A stretch of DNA of 64,000 bases, from assembly GCA_026023565.1 (NCBI GenBank), contig JAPETS010000003.1, forward strand, positions 1,116,001-1,180,000, written 5' to 3'. The position numbers and the translations under genes are program-made. The notes beneath the pieces were generated by a model. That model was not told where the DNA came from and ran no database searches. It saw only the letters and a list, made by a program, of their open reading frames with translations. Origin of the DNA: Cirrosporium novae-zelandiae (lineage: Eukaryota). How positions within the stretch are numbered: the first letter of the stretch is position 1; every line of letters begins with the position of its first letter. Shown here piece after piece: positions 26,094 to 37,778 of the stretch.

Positions 26094-27957
26094 TTAAATC
26101 GTAACAATTGTGCTCGTAATAATCAGTGTTCTGAACGTATCAATGTTAGCCATCCAAGATTCCAATTGCCTATTAAACTCCCCCTTGCTACCTTCAAGCC
26201 ATCGCAGCAGGTGCTTAAAGCGCACCGGGTTATTCCTCCCTTCCCACCTACTGAACACCAAATACCATTCATCGGCGGTGTTGGCAGCCCATAAAGACGA
26301 TAGATATGGGAGATGCAGGTCAAGAAGAAGGAAACAGAGATTGTTGGGAACGAGCCATTGGGCCGAGTAGACATAATCGAGCGCGTGACAGACGAACATT
26401 GTTCTATTGCTTACGATGCAGGGGGGTGCGAATGTCAGTTCCAAATCAATTACAATGAGAATACAGGCATGAATCAGATCAGCTCTTTACCTCCGCATTG
26501 ACTCCTCCAATATCCAATGTTTCCATGTTGGTCGGGTTGTGGCTGGAGCTATGGCGGACTTCCAGTATTTGACAAGAATTCCCTAAATCCCAAGCATATG
26601 TGAGAAGGCGGTGCGATTTTAGGTATTATTATCATCATATTCATGTAAATAACTACCTTTACTGTTTCGAGTGCTTTTTCACTGATGAGCATGTCCCTAC
26701 TGCTATCGTCGTCGGAAAACATCTGCATACTCGAATATATTACTAAAGCTTGAAGCGCAGAAATGGCATCTCCGTAGCTATAGCCCTCCCACTGTGACAT
26801 GTAAGTCTCACTCTCTCTCATTGTTAGGATGTGGGTGTTATTCAGGCGTACATACTTCCAGGTTGATTCTATTCATCTGCTGTTGAACAGTTTGCATAAC
26901 AAAGGAATGGGTTTTCGGCGTCCTTGCTACGTACATCCGTGCTCTGAGTGTAGCTGTAGCAAGTGGTTGAGCTACTGACTCGTTTTTGAACGCGGTATGG
27001 TGTATAAATGCTAGCAACTCTGATCCGCAAAGGGCTTGCGGCCAACGCTTGAACATCTGAACTAGAAGAAGCCAATTGCTCCGTGATAGGGAAGCTACGT
27101 GGTGCGACTTTGATGAAGGGTTACGGGGTGTAATAGCAGTACATGGTAGTATTACCCCTTGATCAGAAGATGGTAGACCGTCGAAGACTCTTGGATTCTC
27201 TCTTGTTGGTCTACAGACGCCGTCAGTAGTGGCGGCAATAGAATCTACACTAGTTATCTGTGGTGCTGGAGGATTAAAAATATCATTGAATCTGGCCCTG
27301 TCGATTTAGCAGGTTTCTTTCAATCGTCCTCGGGGTGCAGTTACCCAGAGAGAAGGGGTGAAAGACTTCCTGAGAAAGGACTCGGAGAGAATAAATTTTG
27401 AGTAGAGGAATAATCATAATTATAATCAACCAGGAGTTCAGATAGAAAATCAATAGGTGGTGTTTCTCGCATGTTCTGGCCAACAACGACAGCATTCATA
27501 TCAGAAGCTACTGGCTCCGTAGATGTAGCTTCCAACTGCATAGAATCACGTTCCGAAGCGCCTGGCTGAGCTCTCCCATGCCGAGACGTCTTCTCTTGGT
27601 GGGCATAAGTGCATTCCAACCCTTTGAGAGTGCATCGATTACAGAATGGTTCTCCATGATCGCATCTTGTTTTGGCGTGGCTACATGAGATGCACGCTTT
27701 CTTACGAATTCTGGGCTGTTTTCTGCAGCGAAGACAATGCCGGTCACGAGCAATCACTGGATGGGGAAAGTAGTCAGCACTGACTATGAATGAGTTTGAT
27801 ATCTCAATTATTTCATCCTAGCGTTAGGGGTTGGGTTAGACCAACCTGTGTTGAAGTGCTTGCCACATGCTTTACAGGAAATCGAAGAGGAATTTGCTGC
27901 AGCATTGCGGCCATCTGGCAATGTTGGTGGCAACTCAACAGGGAAGGACAATTCCAT
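26094..27957 (-). CDS. Zn(II)2Cys6 transcription factor with N-terminal C2H2-like (C2HC) finger
   Basis: Spliced CKACGKHFNTVIARDRHCLRC followed by KKACISCSHAKTRCDHGEPFCNRCTLKGLECTY; later exons AFIH, ALQALVIY, RPTWKHWILEESMRRT, LPYLSSLWAA. A six-exon frame without stops can be assembled; some splice sites are uncertain. Confidence 0.8.
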
Positions 27958-28520
27958 ATTGACTTTGAGCAAGAGAGAGTGTGTTGGAGATGTATAGCTA
28001 GGGAAAACAAACATGGTAATTACCTAGGCAGCTTATCAAGTCCTCCTTGCCGAGGTTTCCATCCGCCAATCCTCCTAACAACCGTGCATCAATTTATCTA
28101 TATAAGACCAAAAATCCTGCAGTTTGTTCCTCCATTCAATTGCAGGCATCCCAATCTGGAATACTAAAAATTTCCTAATCAGTCCAACAGCTTTAAATTT
28201 GGAACCCCGAAAATGCTTTAACCTTGCTAGTTACCCGTTTTCCTTCCATCATTTTCTCGTATTAATATGAAAAAGGGAATGTACGGTTCCTAATTGGATA
28301 TTTGTTATGTGCAGTGGTCACAGAACCAACCACCCCTTAGATTTGTTCAAGAATGCATCTTCTTCCACTTAGATATCAATCTTTTACAACAGTTTTCTAT
28401 GTACAGTATAGTACCATCCACCAATACCAAGCAAATTTTCTTTCCCACTCCCCTACATCCTGAAATTATCCACCTCTATTCTGCTCCAAGTACACTTCTA
28501 CCTCTACATATATTCTTAAC

Positions 28521-29681
28521 ATGGCACCCTATCCAAATGGAATAAATATCCTCCTAGGAACTAGCGCCTTTGGACCTGCTAGCAATAGCGTTGCCATGTT
28601 CAACACTCCTAAGCAAGTGCAGGAAGTCCTTAATATCTTTGGCAATAGAGGATACACCGGTTTAGACACAACCCGGGGATATCCTGTAGCGTTATAGGGG
28701 GGTAGTGAAGCCCTGCTGGGCGAGGTCGATGCTAGTAAGACGTTTGTGATTGATACTAAGGTTGTATCGTTCGCACCGAAGACCCATACTAAGGAGAAAA
28801 TCGAGAAGAGCATCAAGGATTCGCTGGAGGCGCTGAAAGTTAAAAAGGTATCCATCCCCTTTGAATTCAGTATTCTGCCATTTCCATGTGCTTATGTGCA
28901 ATAAGGTAAATACTATGTACCTGCACAGCCCCGACCAAGCTACTCCATTCAAAGAAACTCTTGAAGCGATAAATGCTGCATACCAAGCGGAAATTTTTGT
29001 TCAGTGGGGAGTCTCGAATTTCAGCGCCATTGAAGTGGAGCAGATCATAAAGATTTGTGATGACAACGGCTGGGTGAAGCCAAAGTTATATCAAGGACAA
29101 TACAACGCAGCTGCACGCAGAATAGAGTCTGAACTGCTCCCATTACTCAGGAAACATGGCATGTCGTTTATCGCATGGAGGTTTGTGCAAACCTATGTCT
29201 ATCGCCCAAGGAATTTGAATTTTAACACTTTCTACAGCCCTGCTGCAGGCGGTTTTTTTGCACAGGAATATGACCCAAGCAGTGTTGGCTCACACTTTGA
29301 TGTGAAGGTATTCTTTCAACAAGAGTCCGTTTACACTCCCCTTCCTACTGACAGGTGCTACCAAAATAGACCGCAACAGGCGTAGCATTCACAAAAATAT
29401 ACCAAAAACCCGAGCTACTAGAAGCGCAGAAAAGATCCCGAGAACTTTCAAAGGAAATGGGACAGAACGGTCACCTCATAGCCCTCCGTCGGACTGCACA
29501 TCATTCAAAACTTTTGGCGGAGGAAGGTGATGGCTTGGTAGTCGGGTTCTCAAGCACCAGGCAACTCAAGGATAATCTCCATGCTATCGAGGTAGGTCCG
29601 CTGTCGGAGGTAGTTGTGGATGCCATTGAAGATTGCTGGGAACACTCCAAAGAGGCTGCGCCGAGCTATTACATAGATTAG
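28521..29681 (+). pseudogene. Aldo-keto reductase (AKR7 / aflatoxin B1 aldehyde reductase-like) with an in-frame stop
   Basis: MAPYPNGINILLGTSAFG..LDTTRGYPVAL*GGSEALLG..IDTKV; YLHSPD, GVSNF, YQGQYN, WSPAAGGFF, GFSSTRQLKDNL. TAG at 28695-28697 is codon 59, and AKR-like sequence continues in the same frame. Confidence 0.8.
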
Positions 29682-30032
29682 TAAATAGTAATTGCCAAGG
29701 GGTGTTGCAGTTGGAAAGACATGACATTAAAAAGCCTTTCGAGTATGTTTTTAATATTTTGTCTTATATTTTCTATCTGTATGGTTTTCTTGGACATGCA
29801 TGCATGCATGAGCCAGCACAACATCATCCTCGTCGTCGATATCCATTCGGGTATCCCGTAGTTTACCGTCCCTACTCCAAAATTTCCCGCCTAGAGATGA
29901 ACACCCACCCACCAACCCATCTTAAAAACGCCAATACCAAACAACCAGCGTCTCAAAATCTTACACATACATCATTACACATCTATCTATCCATCCCCCA
30001 ACCGTATAGAACAAGCACATACCTCTTACTCT

Positions 30033-30845
30033 TTAGTCCTCCGATGGGGGTAAATTCATATAATAATCAATAGCAGCACTAAACGCTGCAAACCCAACGC
30101 ACCCGGCAGCCGCGGCTTGTGGTCCCGCTTTTGCGCCTAGAATACCGCCTGTGACACACCCGGCTGCGATGCCGTTCGCTAGATCGTGTTTCCCACGGTA
30201 CTGGCGCACAGATTTCAGAATTAGCTTTTTGTTATGTCTGTTTGTCTGGAATTTGTATGGAGGGGAGGGTAGAAAGAAAGAAAGAATGTAGGAAAGACTC
30301 ACGCCTTCAATACAGCATTCCGAGCCTGCAAATAGCGCGCCTATGGTTCCAAAATTCTTAGCCGAGCTATAGGACCTCGAGCTCATTTCCTTGAAGCCCT
30401 TTCGTAGCTGTTCGCGCACGGGGAGTTTGGAAAGCTCCTGGCCTTGCGGGGTCATGGGGGTGTCGTAGCTTAACTGGATGGATAAACGAATCGAGTTAGT
30501 GGCAATTTTTTTTCCTTGTGGTGACAGGGAAGGGAGGAGAGGGGGAACATGGACATACACTCGACATGAAGAGACCGAAGGCTCCGCCTAGGGCAAATCC
30601 CATTCCACCTGAGAGTACGCTTTTGCCGGCGCAGCTTTCCATTACGGCGTTCATCTACACCATGTTAGTGAGGAGACTAGTATAGTTGATCGGGGGGGGG
30701 ATGGAACTCCGAAGATAAGGGGGGTTTGAGAACGCACTGTCTTTATCATCTGCTGTTCTTGCTCGCTCATCCCCGCAGAGTTTGGCTGTGGCCCTGCGCC
30801 GGGGAGCCCGCCGCCGAAGCCGCCTAGACCGGGTAGGTTGCTCAT
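30033..30845 (-). CDS. TIM22: Mitochondrial inner membrane translocase subunit Tim22
   Basis: [11 protein letters not shown] / [30 protein letters not shown] / [24 protein letters not shown] / [31 protein letters not shown]. Confidence 0.93.
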
Positions 30846-31194
30846 ATTTCTATATAGGGAGAGGTGTGAGTAAGAGTAGGAGTAGGGACGTAATTGAACG
30901 ACGGCGCGCGGTAGAATAAATGAATGTGTAGACTTGAAAACGCCGCTGGAGCAATTTTCTTTGGAACAGGGTCGACCTGAAAATAAATTTAGAGTTCTTG
31001 GGGAGCTTTTTTGCCGGACGGGAGATGGGAATTAAGGTTATCTTATCTTAAACCCTCCGGACTGACTAATGTCCGATGTTTGTTTACCGTTTTCCGACAC
31101 CGAATTCAAAGGATAGATTTAACGACCTACGACATTCTGCCCTGCAACCTAACTACATTGCCGCACCGCTGGCTGACACCCATCTACACTCAAC

Positions 31195-34100
31195 ATGCCA
31201 GGACGCGCATCCACCCGCTCAACACGATCGTCAACCTCCCGCGCGACTCGAAAATCCTCGGCCCAAACCTCTGGATCGCGCGCATCAACAAATTCTCGCC
31301 CGTCAGTTCCCTTGGTCGAAATTCCGGACGAGGGCCCTGAGACCTGGCTGCGGGCTCAGATATGCGCAATCTTTTCCGATGGGCAGCGAACGACTGCGGG
31401 ACATAGGAAACTTGCGATAAAGCTTCGGAATCTTCAGGAGAGATGCTGCTACGAGCTAACTGAGACCAAGGGGCCTAGTCCGGCGGACGAATTTGGGGAG
31501 GAGGATTTCAATACGGAGATTACGAGATGTGTGTTGCGCCTCTTGCCGATTCGGAAGAGTGAGAGTATTGGGGATAGGATGGTTAGGTTTTTGGGGTTCT
31601 TTTTGAAGTTTGCTTGCGATAGAGGTATGGGATATTTTTTATGCTGGTTGATTTGGTGAGGGCGAGGGCTAACATTTTGCGCTATAAAGATGCTGAACTT
31701 GTTCCTCAGGAGGATATTGATGATACTGGCGTATTTCCAGAAACACCCAGTACCCGCCTGACGACGAGTATACTATCGCTTCTACTACCACTACTTGGAT
31801 CGAAAGAAAAGGTTGTTCGCTATCGGGCTACCCAGATAATCTCTCATATTATCAATACTCTAGACTCAATCGACGATGAATACTACCATCTTTTACGGCT
31901 AGGACTTATGAAGCGAGTTCGTGACAGAGAGCCAATGATCCGTATTCAAGCAGTGCTTGGACTTGGGAGACTTGCAGGAAATGAGGCAGATGAAGGGGTT
32001 GAGAATGACGAAACTGAAGACGACACGAATGGCCTAACAGACAAACTACTCGAAATACTACAAAATGATCCAAGTGCTGAAGTACGGCGCTCGTTGTTGC
32101 TCAATCTCCCTCTAACGCCAGCGACCCTTCCATATCTGCTGGAAAGAGCAAGAGATATGGATCCCGCTACACGCCGCGCGTTATATTCTCGCCTCCTTCC
32201 TGCGCTCGGAGACTTTCGACATCTCTCGCTTTCTATGCGGGAGAAGCTCCTCCGATGGGGTCTTCGAGACCGAGATGAAAATGTGCGGAAAGCGGCCGGA
32301 AAGCTATTCCGGGAACGCTGGATCGAAGATTGTGTCGGGGCAAAGCAGGACCCCGAAGGGGAGGAGCAGCAAGATCAAACCCACAATGAGCATTTACCCG
32401 ACGTCAATGGCCTATTGGAACTCTTAGAGCGAATTGATGTTGTGAATTCAGGAGTCGAGGACGGAGTTGCTCTTGTTGCTATGAAACAATTCTGGGAAGG
32501 AAGACCAGATTACCGAGATGTTGTGTCCTTTGACGATACTTTCTGGAGGAATCTAACTGCCGAAAGTGTCTTTATGGTACGAACTCTGAATGATTTCTGC
32601 AGATATGAAGGCAATGGAAAATATGAAGCTCTGATTGAGGAGAAGTTGCCGGAGGTAACTAGATTTGCATTCTACCTCGAGGAGAGCGCTAATGCCCTCA
32701 TTACCATGCTTAGAAATGCACAGACAGCCGAAGAGGGAGAAGACGATACAGTTGAGAAGGAGTTCGTTGTTGAACAACTCCTTCAAATTGCACTTTCTCT
32801 TGATTACAGTGATGAAGTCGGAAGAAGGAAAATGTTTTCACTTACGCGGGAATTGCTGGCAGCACCTCTCCTACCAGACGAGATCACAAGGCTTGTTATA
32901 GAAGTATTGAGAGAGCTCTGTGGCCACGATCCTCGCGGAGAGGGCGATTTCTGCGGTGTTGTTCTTGAAGCTATTGCCGAAGTCCATGACACAATCGTTC
33001 CAGATGATGATGAAAGTTTTGTTTCTGCACGATCAGAGATCAGTGACGATCCAGTCAAGAGAGAACGACGGTCAAAGTCCAGGACCCCTGGACCTGATGG
33101 GAGTGGGGAAGAGGACGAAGCGGAGAGAGCGATGAGGGAGATCATGGTTAATATGAAGTGTCTCCACGTTGCGCAATGCATGCTACAGAATGTGGAAGGA
33201 AATCTTCAGGAGAACATGCATTTGGTCACCATGCTCAACAACTTAGTTGTCCCGGCTGTGAGAAGTCACGAGGCCCCTATCCGTGAACGAGGATTGCTAT
33301 GCCTTGGGCTCTGTTGCATGCTTGATAAAACTCTGGCTGAGGAAAACCTCACTCTTTTCCTCCACTGCTTCAACAAGGGCCACGAAGCGCTCCAGTGTGC
33401 CTCCCTTCAGGTTCTCTGCGACATCCTAGCCACCCACTCATCCCTTCTCACCATCCCACCGTCCGAGGACTCAGAAAGCTTCCAGGTCCAAAAGGCCGTC
33501 CATAAAGTCTTTATCAAGGCACTCAAAGCCACATCTTCCCCAGACGTTCAGGCTGCTGGCACAACGGCGCTCTGCAAACTCATGCTTCTGAATGTCATCA
33601 AAGAGGAAGACCTCCTTAAGGCCCTGATGGTCTCATTTTTTGACCCCAGTACTCAAGACAACGCCGAAGTCCGTCAAGCCCTGAGCTACTTTCTGCCTGT
33701 GTATTGCTATTCTCGACGCGAAAATATGGAACGCATGGGCAGAATTGGCGTGAATGTCATCCACAGCCTCATGCAAGTCAGTGAAGAGATGGACGATGAA
33801 GAAGAGATGGTGGGGATGCCCATGGTGGCTAATATGATTGTCGACTGGACCGACGCGCGAAAGCTGGTAGAGAAGACGGACGGTGTCATCATATGGGATG
33901 ATCAAGGGAAGCACGAAAGCAAGGGTCCGAACGGAGATGTGCATCTCGAACTTGCGCGAGACGTATTGGAGAAGGTCCTGGGAGGCAATTGTCCTAGTAA
34001 GTTTCCTGTTTTCCATATACCTTGATAGCAATTACCGTACTAATAGCCAACCACAGAAGAAGAAAAGAAATTCCTCATTTCTATGCTCGGCAAGCTATAC

Positions 34101-34526
34101 CTCACCAAGAACTCGACTCCAGAACTAGTCCAGGAGGTCTACGAGCTCGTAACCGAAGCTGTCGATGAGAAGATCGCTAGTGATGCTCCCAGTCGCAACG
34201 CCCTAAATAAACTTAGTCACGCGCTTGAGAAAATCGTCACGAGTCCACCTGACAAGGTGGTCGCGCAGGGAGAGGCGGAGGACCGGGAAGGGTCACGGTC
34301 TCGGACGATTGAGAGGAGCGTTGAACCAAAGGATGATAGCCTCGTACCCAGTCAAGCTGGAGAGGATATAGATCAGAAGGGAAATGAGACTGAGAATGAG
34401 GTTGAGAAGGTAGAAGAGGCGAAAGAAGAAGAGGACGAAGATACCGTCATGACTTCTGACCACTCAGAAGAGACATTGACTGTTGAGGATACCGTGGAAG
34501 AAGAGTCTCTAGGTGATATCGAATGA
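31195..34526 (+). CDS. YCG1: Condensin complex subunit 3 (CAP-G, HEAT repeats)
   Basis: Three exons. AIFSDGQRTTAGHRKL, KEKVVRYRATQI, LQNDPSAEVRR, LERARD, WGLRDRD, LDYSDEVGRR, RQALSYFLPVY; acidic tail. Confidence 0.92.
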
Positions 34527-35017
34527 TGAGTGCGTTTATGTTGCCTTTTTATTTATTGGTTCCGGTGTTTTGGAGTAACTGGCTGGATGATGATTGAGCA
34601 ATATTTGATATTCAACCTTCCTTCTACTAGTTATGGGGGATACCATTCATGCATGTATGATCAGATAAGATCCATCTGGTTATATGGTCACTCCCGACAC
34701 AGACTAGCAGACACATATAGTTATGTCCACTATGAACAATTATGAACACCTTCACATGAATTATAATTACTAAATCAATATCAAGAAAATCTCAATCTTC
34801 TCTCAGTTATCAAGTTTCAAAAAAAAAGGCTTCAACATTTAACGACCATCACCCCTTTGCTATGCTATGTGCGAGTTTTGGTTCAACTACGCAATTCCCT
34901 TATATCCTAGCAATCGTTGTTGTTACAATATACATTGCTCGCTTCCGAAAGCCTGGTTAACAAAAGCTGATTTTGAAAAAAGATCCCTTGGGGCCTATCT
35001 GTCACTTTCCTTCCCCT

Positions 35018-35058
35018 CCCATCCATCCATCCATCCATCCATCCATCTACCCATCCAC
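35018..35058. repeat. (CCAT)n microsatellite
   Basis: tccatccatccatccatccatccatccatc, then degenerating, in the YCG1/NRP1 convergent intergenic region. Confidence 0.85.
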
Positions 35059-35689
35059 CAGCAGAGAGAGACAAATTCTTCCCGTAAAGGACAGTCCATA
35101 TGAAACTTTTTCCCAATACCTCAAGGCCACCCCGTTTCGTAGTTTATCACCAACCCCCCGGTCGCCGCCACCACCGTCACCAAATACTTGCATTGTTTGG
35201 AAAAGAGAGAAAGAGGGATGATGGAATGTGGGACATGTGTGCTTGTTTGTGTGTTTTGTGTGTTGGTGGTTTGTGTTTCAGAATAACAGAATACGAAAAG
35301 AGAAAAAAGTAGCAGACGAAAAAACTTGCAAAGGTAATTGGGGGAAATAAAATAAAGAGACCATTCTCGATTTAACAATTGATTTAGAAAGAAGGAAACC
35401 CACACCCTCCTTATGATTCGCTTTTGAGCCAAGCCCCACATACCAACACCACCCTAGTCTCCAGCCAGATCGCTATGCTCACGAATCGAACAGTATCTAT
35501 ATAGCCCAGAAAGTCACTGACTTTGTACCTGTTCTTGTGTTTGACGAAACCGGAATACCGCGCAACCCACTCCCGCACTATGACAGCCACCCAAAAGCGA
35601 ACACTCAGCCGATGCAAGATCCCATAAGTACGTTTGTCGGTTGAAAATCAAGAGGAATTTACCATTCTGTATAACCCTTCCCATCCTAT

Positions 35690-37778
35690 TTAAGCCGGTG
35701 ACTTTGTATTGGACGCCGTTCCGTTCCTTCGCGCATCATCACTCATAGTGAGACCGCCAAGGCCTGTTGCAAGAAAAGCAAATGGATCTGGTTGGGAGGC
35801 GTCGGCGCCACCATAGAAGCCACCGTTGGCAGCGCCACCAGCATTTGGTTGACCAGCTGAAGTGAAGGCAGCTTCAGCAGCACGATTATCGAACCCGCTT
35901 TGAGAAGGGGTGCCGGAGCTATAGCCGGCACCCATGGTTTGATATGGTCCTGTAGGGGCACCAAGGCCAGAAGGAAGAGCATAAGTGCTCGGTGGACCGC
36001 CGAATTGCTGTCCAAAACCAGCGCCAGATCCAAAAGCGCCTGCAGCCGCGGCAAATGGTGGAGGTCCTGGAGTGCCCGCCATAGATGCATGCCCCATACC
36101 ATAACCAGTGGGAGCATCCATTGGAGAGGCGAACGCGGAGTCAGCAACCACAGCTGCACCAGCACGACTGGCACCGCAGCGGAGACAGGTAACATTTTTT
36201 GCAAAATTATGATAGCCACAGCCGTCAGATCCACACTTCCAGTCACCGGCTCGGAAAGGAACGATACCACCACCACCCATACCTCTCGAATGACCCATAC
36301 CATGGCCGTGGTGACCACCCATATGATGAGGATGTCCCATCATAGACGGTGGACCATAACCATAACCGAAGCCCATTGGATCGCCGGCCGGGCCGGTAGG
36401 CACAGCTGGGAAGGAGCATCTGAAACAGGCCGTACGTCTTTGGAAGTTTGAAAAGCCGCAGGATGGACACTGCCAATCACCTGGTCGGGGACGGTTTTTG
36501 CTTGGGGGGAACGGTGTCAGGATCTCGGCGGCACGGTCCAGGACTCTACTAGAGGATGGAGAGACCTCAATGGCCTTCTCATTCAGAGCTCGTCCATTCA
36601 TGCAAAGGCTTTCGGCAGCCTAGACAACTAGTTAGCAACCATAGTAATGATAAATCGAAAAAGCATCAAAGAATAATCAATAGCTAACCTCTTCATGGGA
36701 TGCAAAAACAGCGAAACCGGATCCCGTAGGCTTGTGTAAATCCGGAGTCCGCAAGGTCCAAAATGCAATAGGTCTCCCTCCAAATTGAGTAAACCAGCTT
36801 TCTAATTCCGATTGCGTAGTATCATGGGGCAAACCGCTCATGTGGAGAACCTTGCTGCGCTCGGATAAGAAAGCTCGAACGTCGGCTCGGGCGTCCATTG
36901 GACGGGTTAAGACCTCTGGATGATCATGAGCTGGTTGAGATTTCCGAATTAAACCCTTCAACACCCTGGCCAAGGTAATAGCTTCTTCCATTGCCCGACG
37001 TGGGGATGCCGGGGCAAGTGCTTGGAGGTGAAATGGTAGATTGTGTTTAATCGGAGCAGATGACTGAATAGGCTCCACCTCAAGTGCTGCACATATATTT
37101 GCCAAAGAACTTGGTCCGAATGGTAAAGACTCGGGATGATGTTGCTGCCAGCGCTGATACTCGGTACGTAAATCAAAGGTTCGTGAGTGTTGAAGGTATG
37201 GGGGGAGAACAACGGCCTTATCCCGAGCTTCTCGAGGCAGTTGAACACGAAGGTCCCAAGCATCTAGAGTGACGAAAGCAAATTCGAGATTATTCGGTAG
37301 TAGATATTCTTGAGCAAAGCTATCGAATCGATTGATGGCTTCTCTGAAAGATCCCGCTGAACGTACATGTTCCCATGTAAGAGTTGTCAGGCTTGCTGTT
37401 TGTTTGCACCATGTATTAGAACAAGCTCGGACAAAATTCAATTGATAGGATTGACAAAGTAAAATTGATTGAGCTACTTACTGCACAGAGGTGTAATTGG
37501 GGTATTCACAGGCTTAACCAAGACGCTCTCACGATGGAGCTGTTGACAGAGAAGCGAGTGATTAGTAGCGAATTCTCAACGCTCAAAACACTGAAGGGAA
37601 GGAGCATTTTTCTCCATCTTACCTCGTCTAGGCTTTTTGCATCAAGCAAGATCCAGCCAAGCTCGATAACCTCTGCCGAATCCTTGGTGACATATACACC
37701 ATGCTCATCGCAAGTAGTTGCAACGTGGATCACGACATACCGGTCCAGGTTTGGTTTCTGGGGCTGCGTCGCGGCCAT
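35690..37778 (-). CDS. NRP1: RNA-binding protein Nrp1/Arp1/Dri1-like (exonuclease-like N-terminus, RRM, two RanBP2-type zinc fingers)
   Basis: Four exons. RRM KVLHMSGLPHDTTQSELESWF..GSGFAVF; RPGDWQCPSCGFSNFQRRTACFRC; RAGDWKCGSDGCGYHNFAKNVTCLRC; Gly-rich tail. Confidence 0.9.

Noticed and set aside
35743..36476. 191-aa and 183-aa ORFs overlapping NRP1
   Set aside because: Alternative frames of a Gly/Ala/Pro-rich exon with no independent coding signal.
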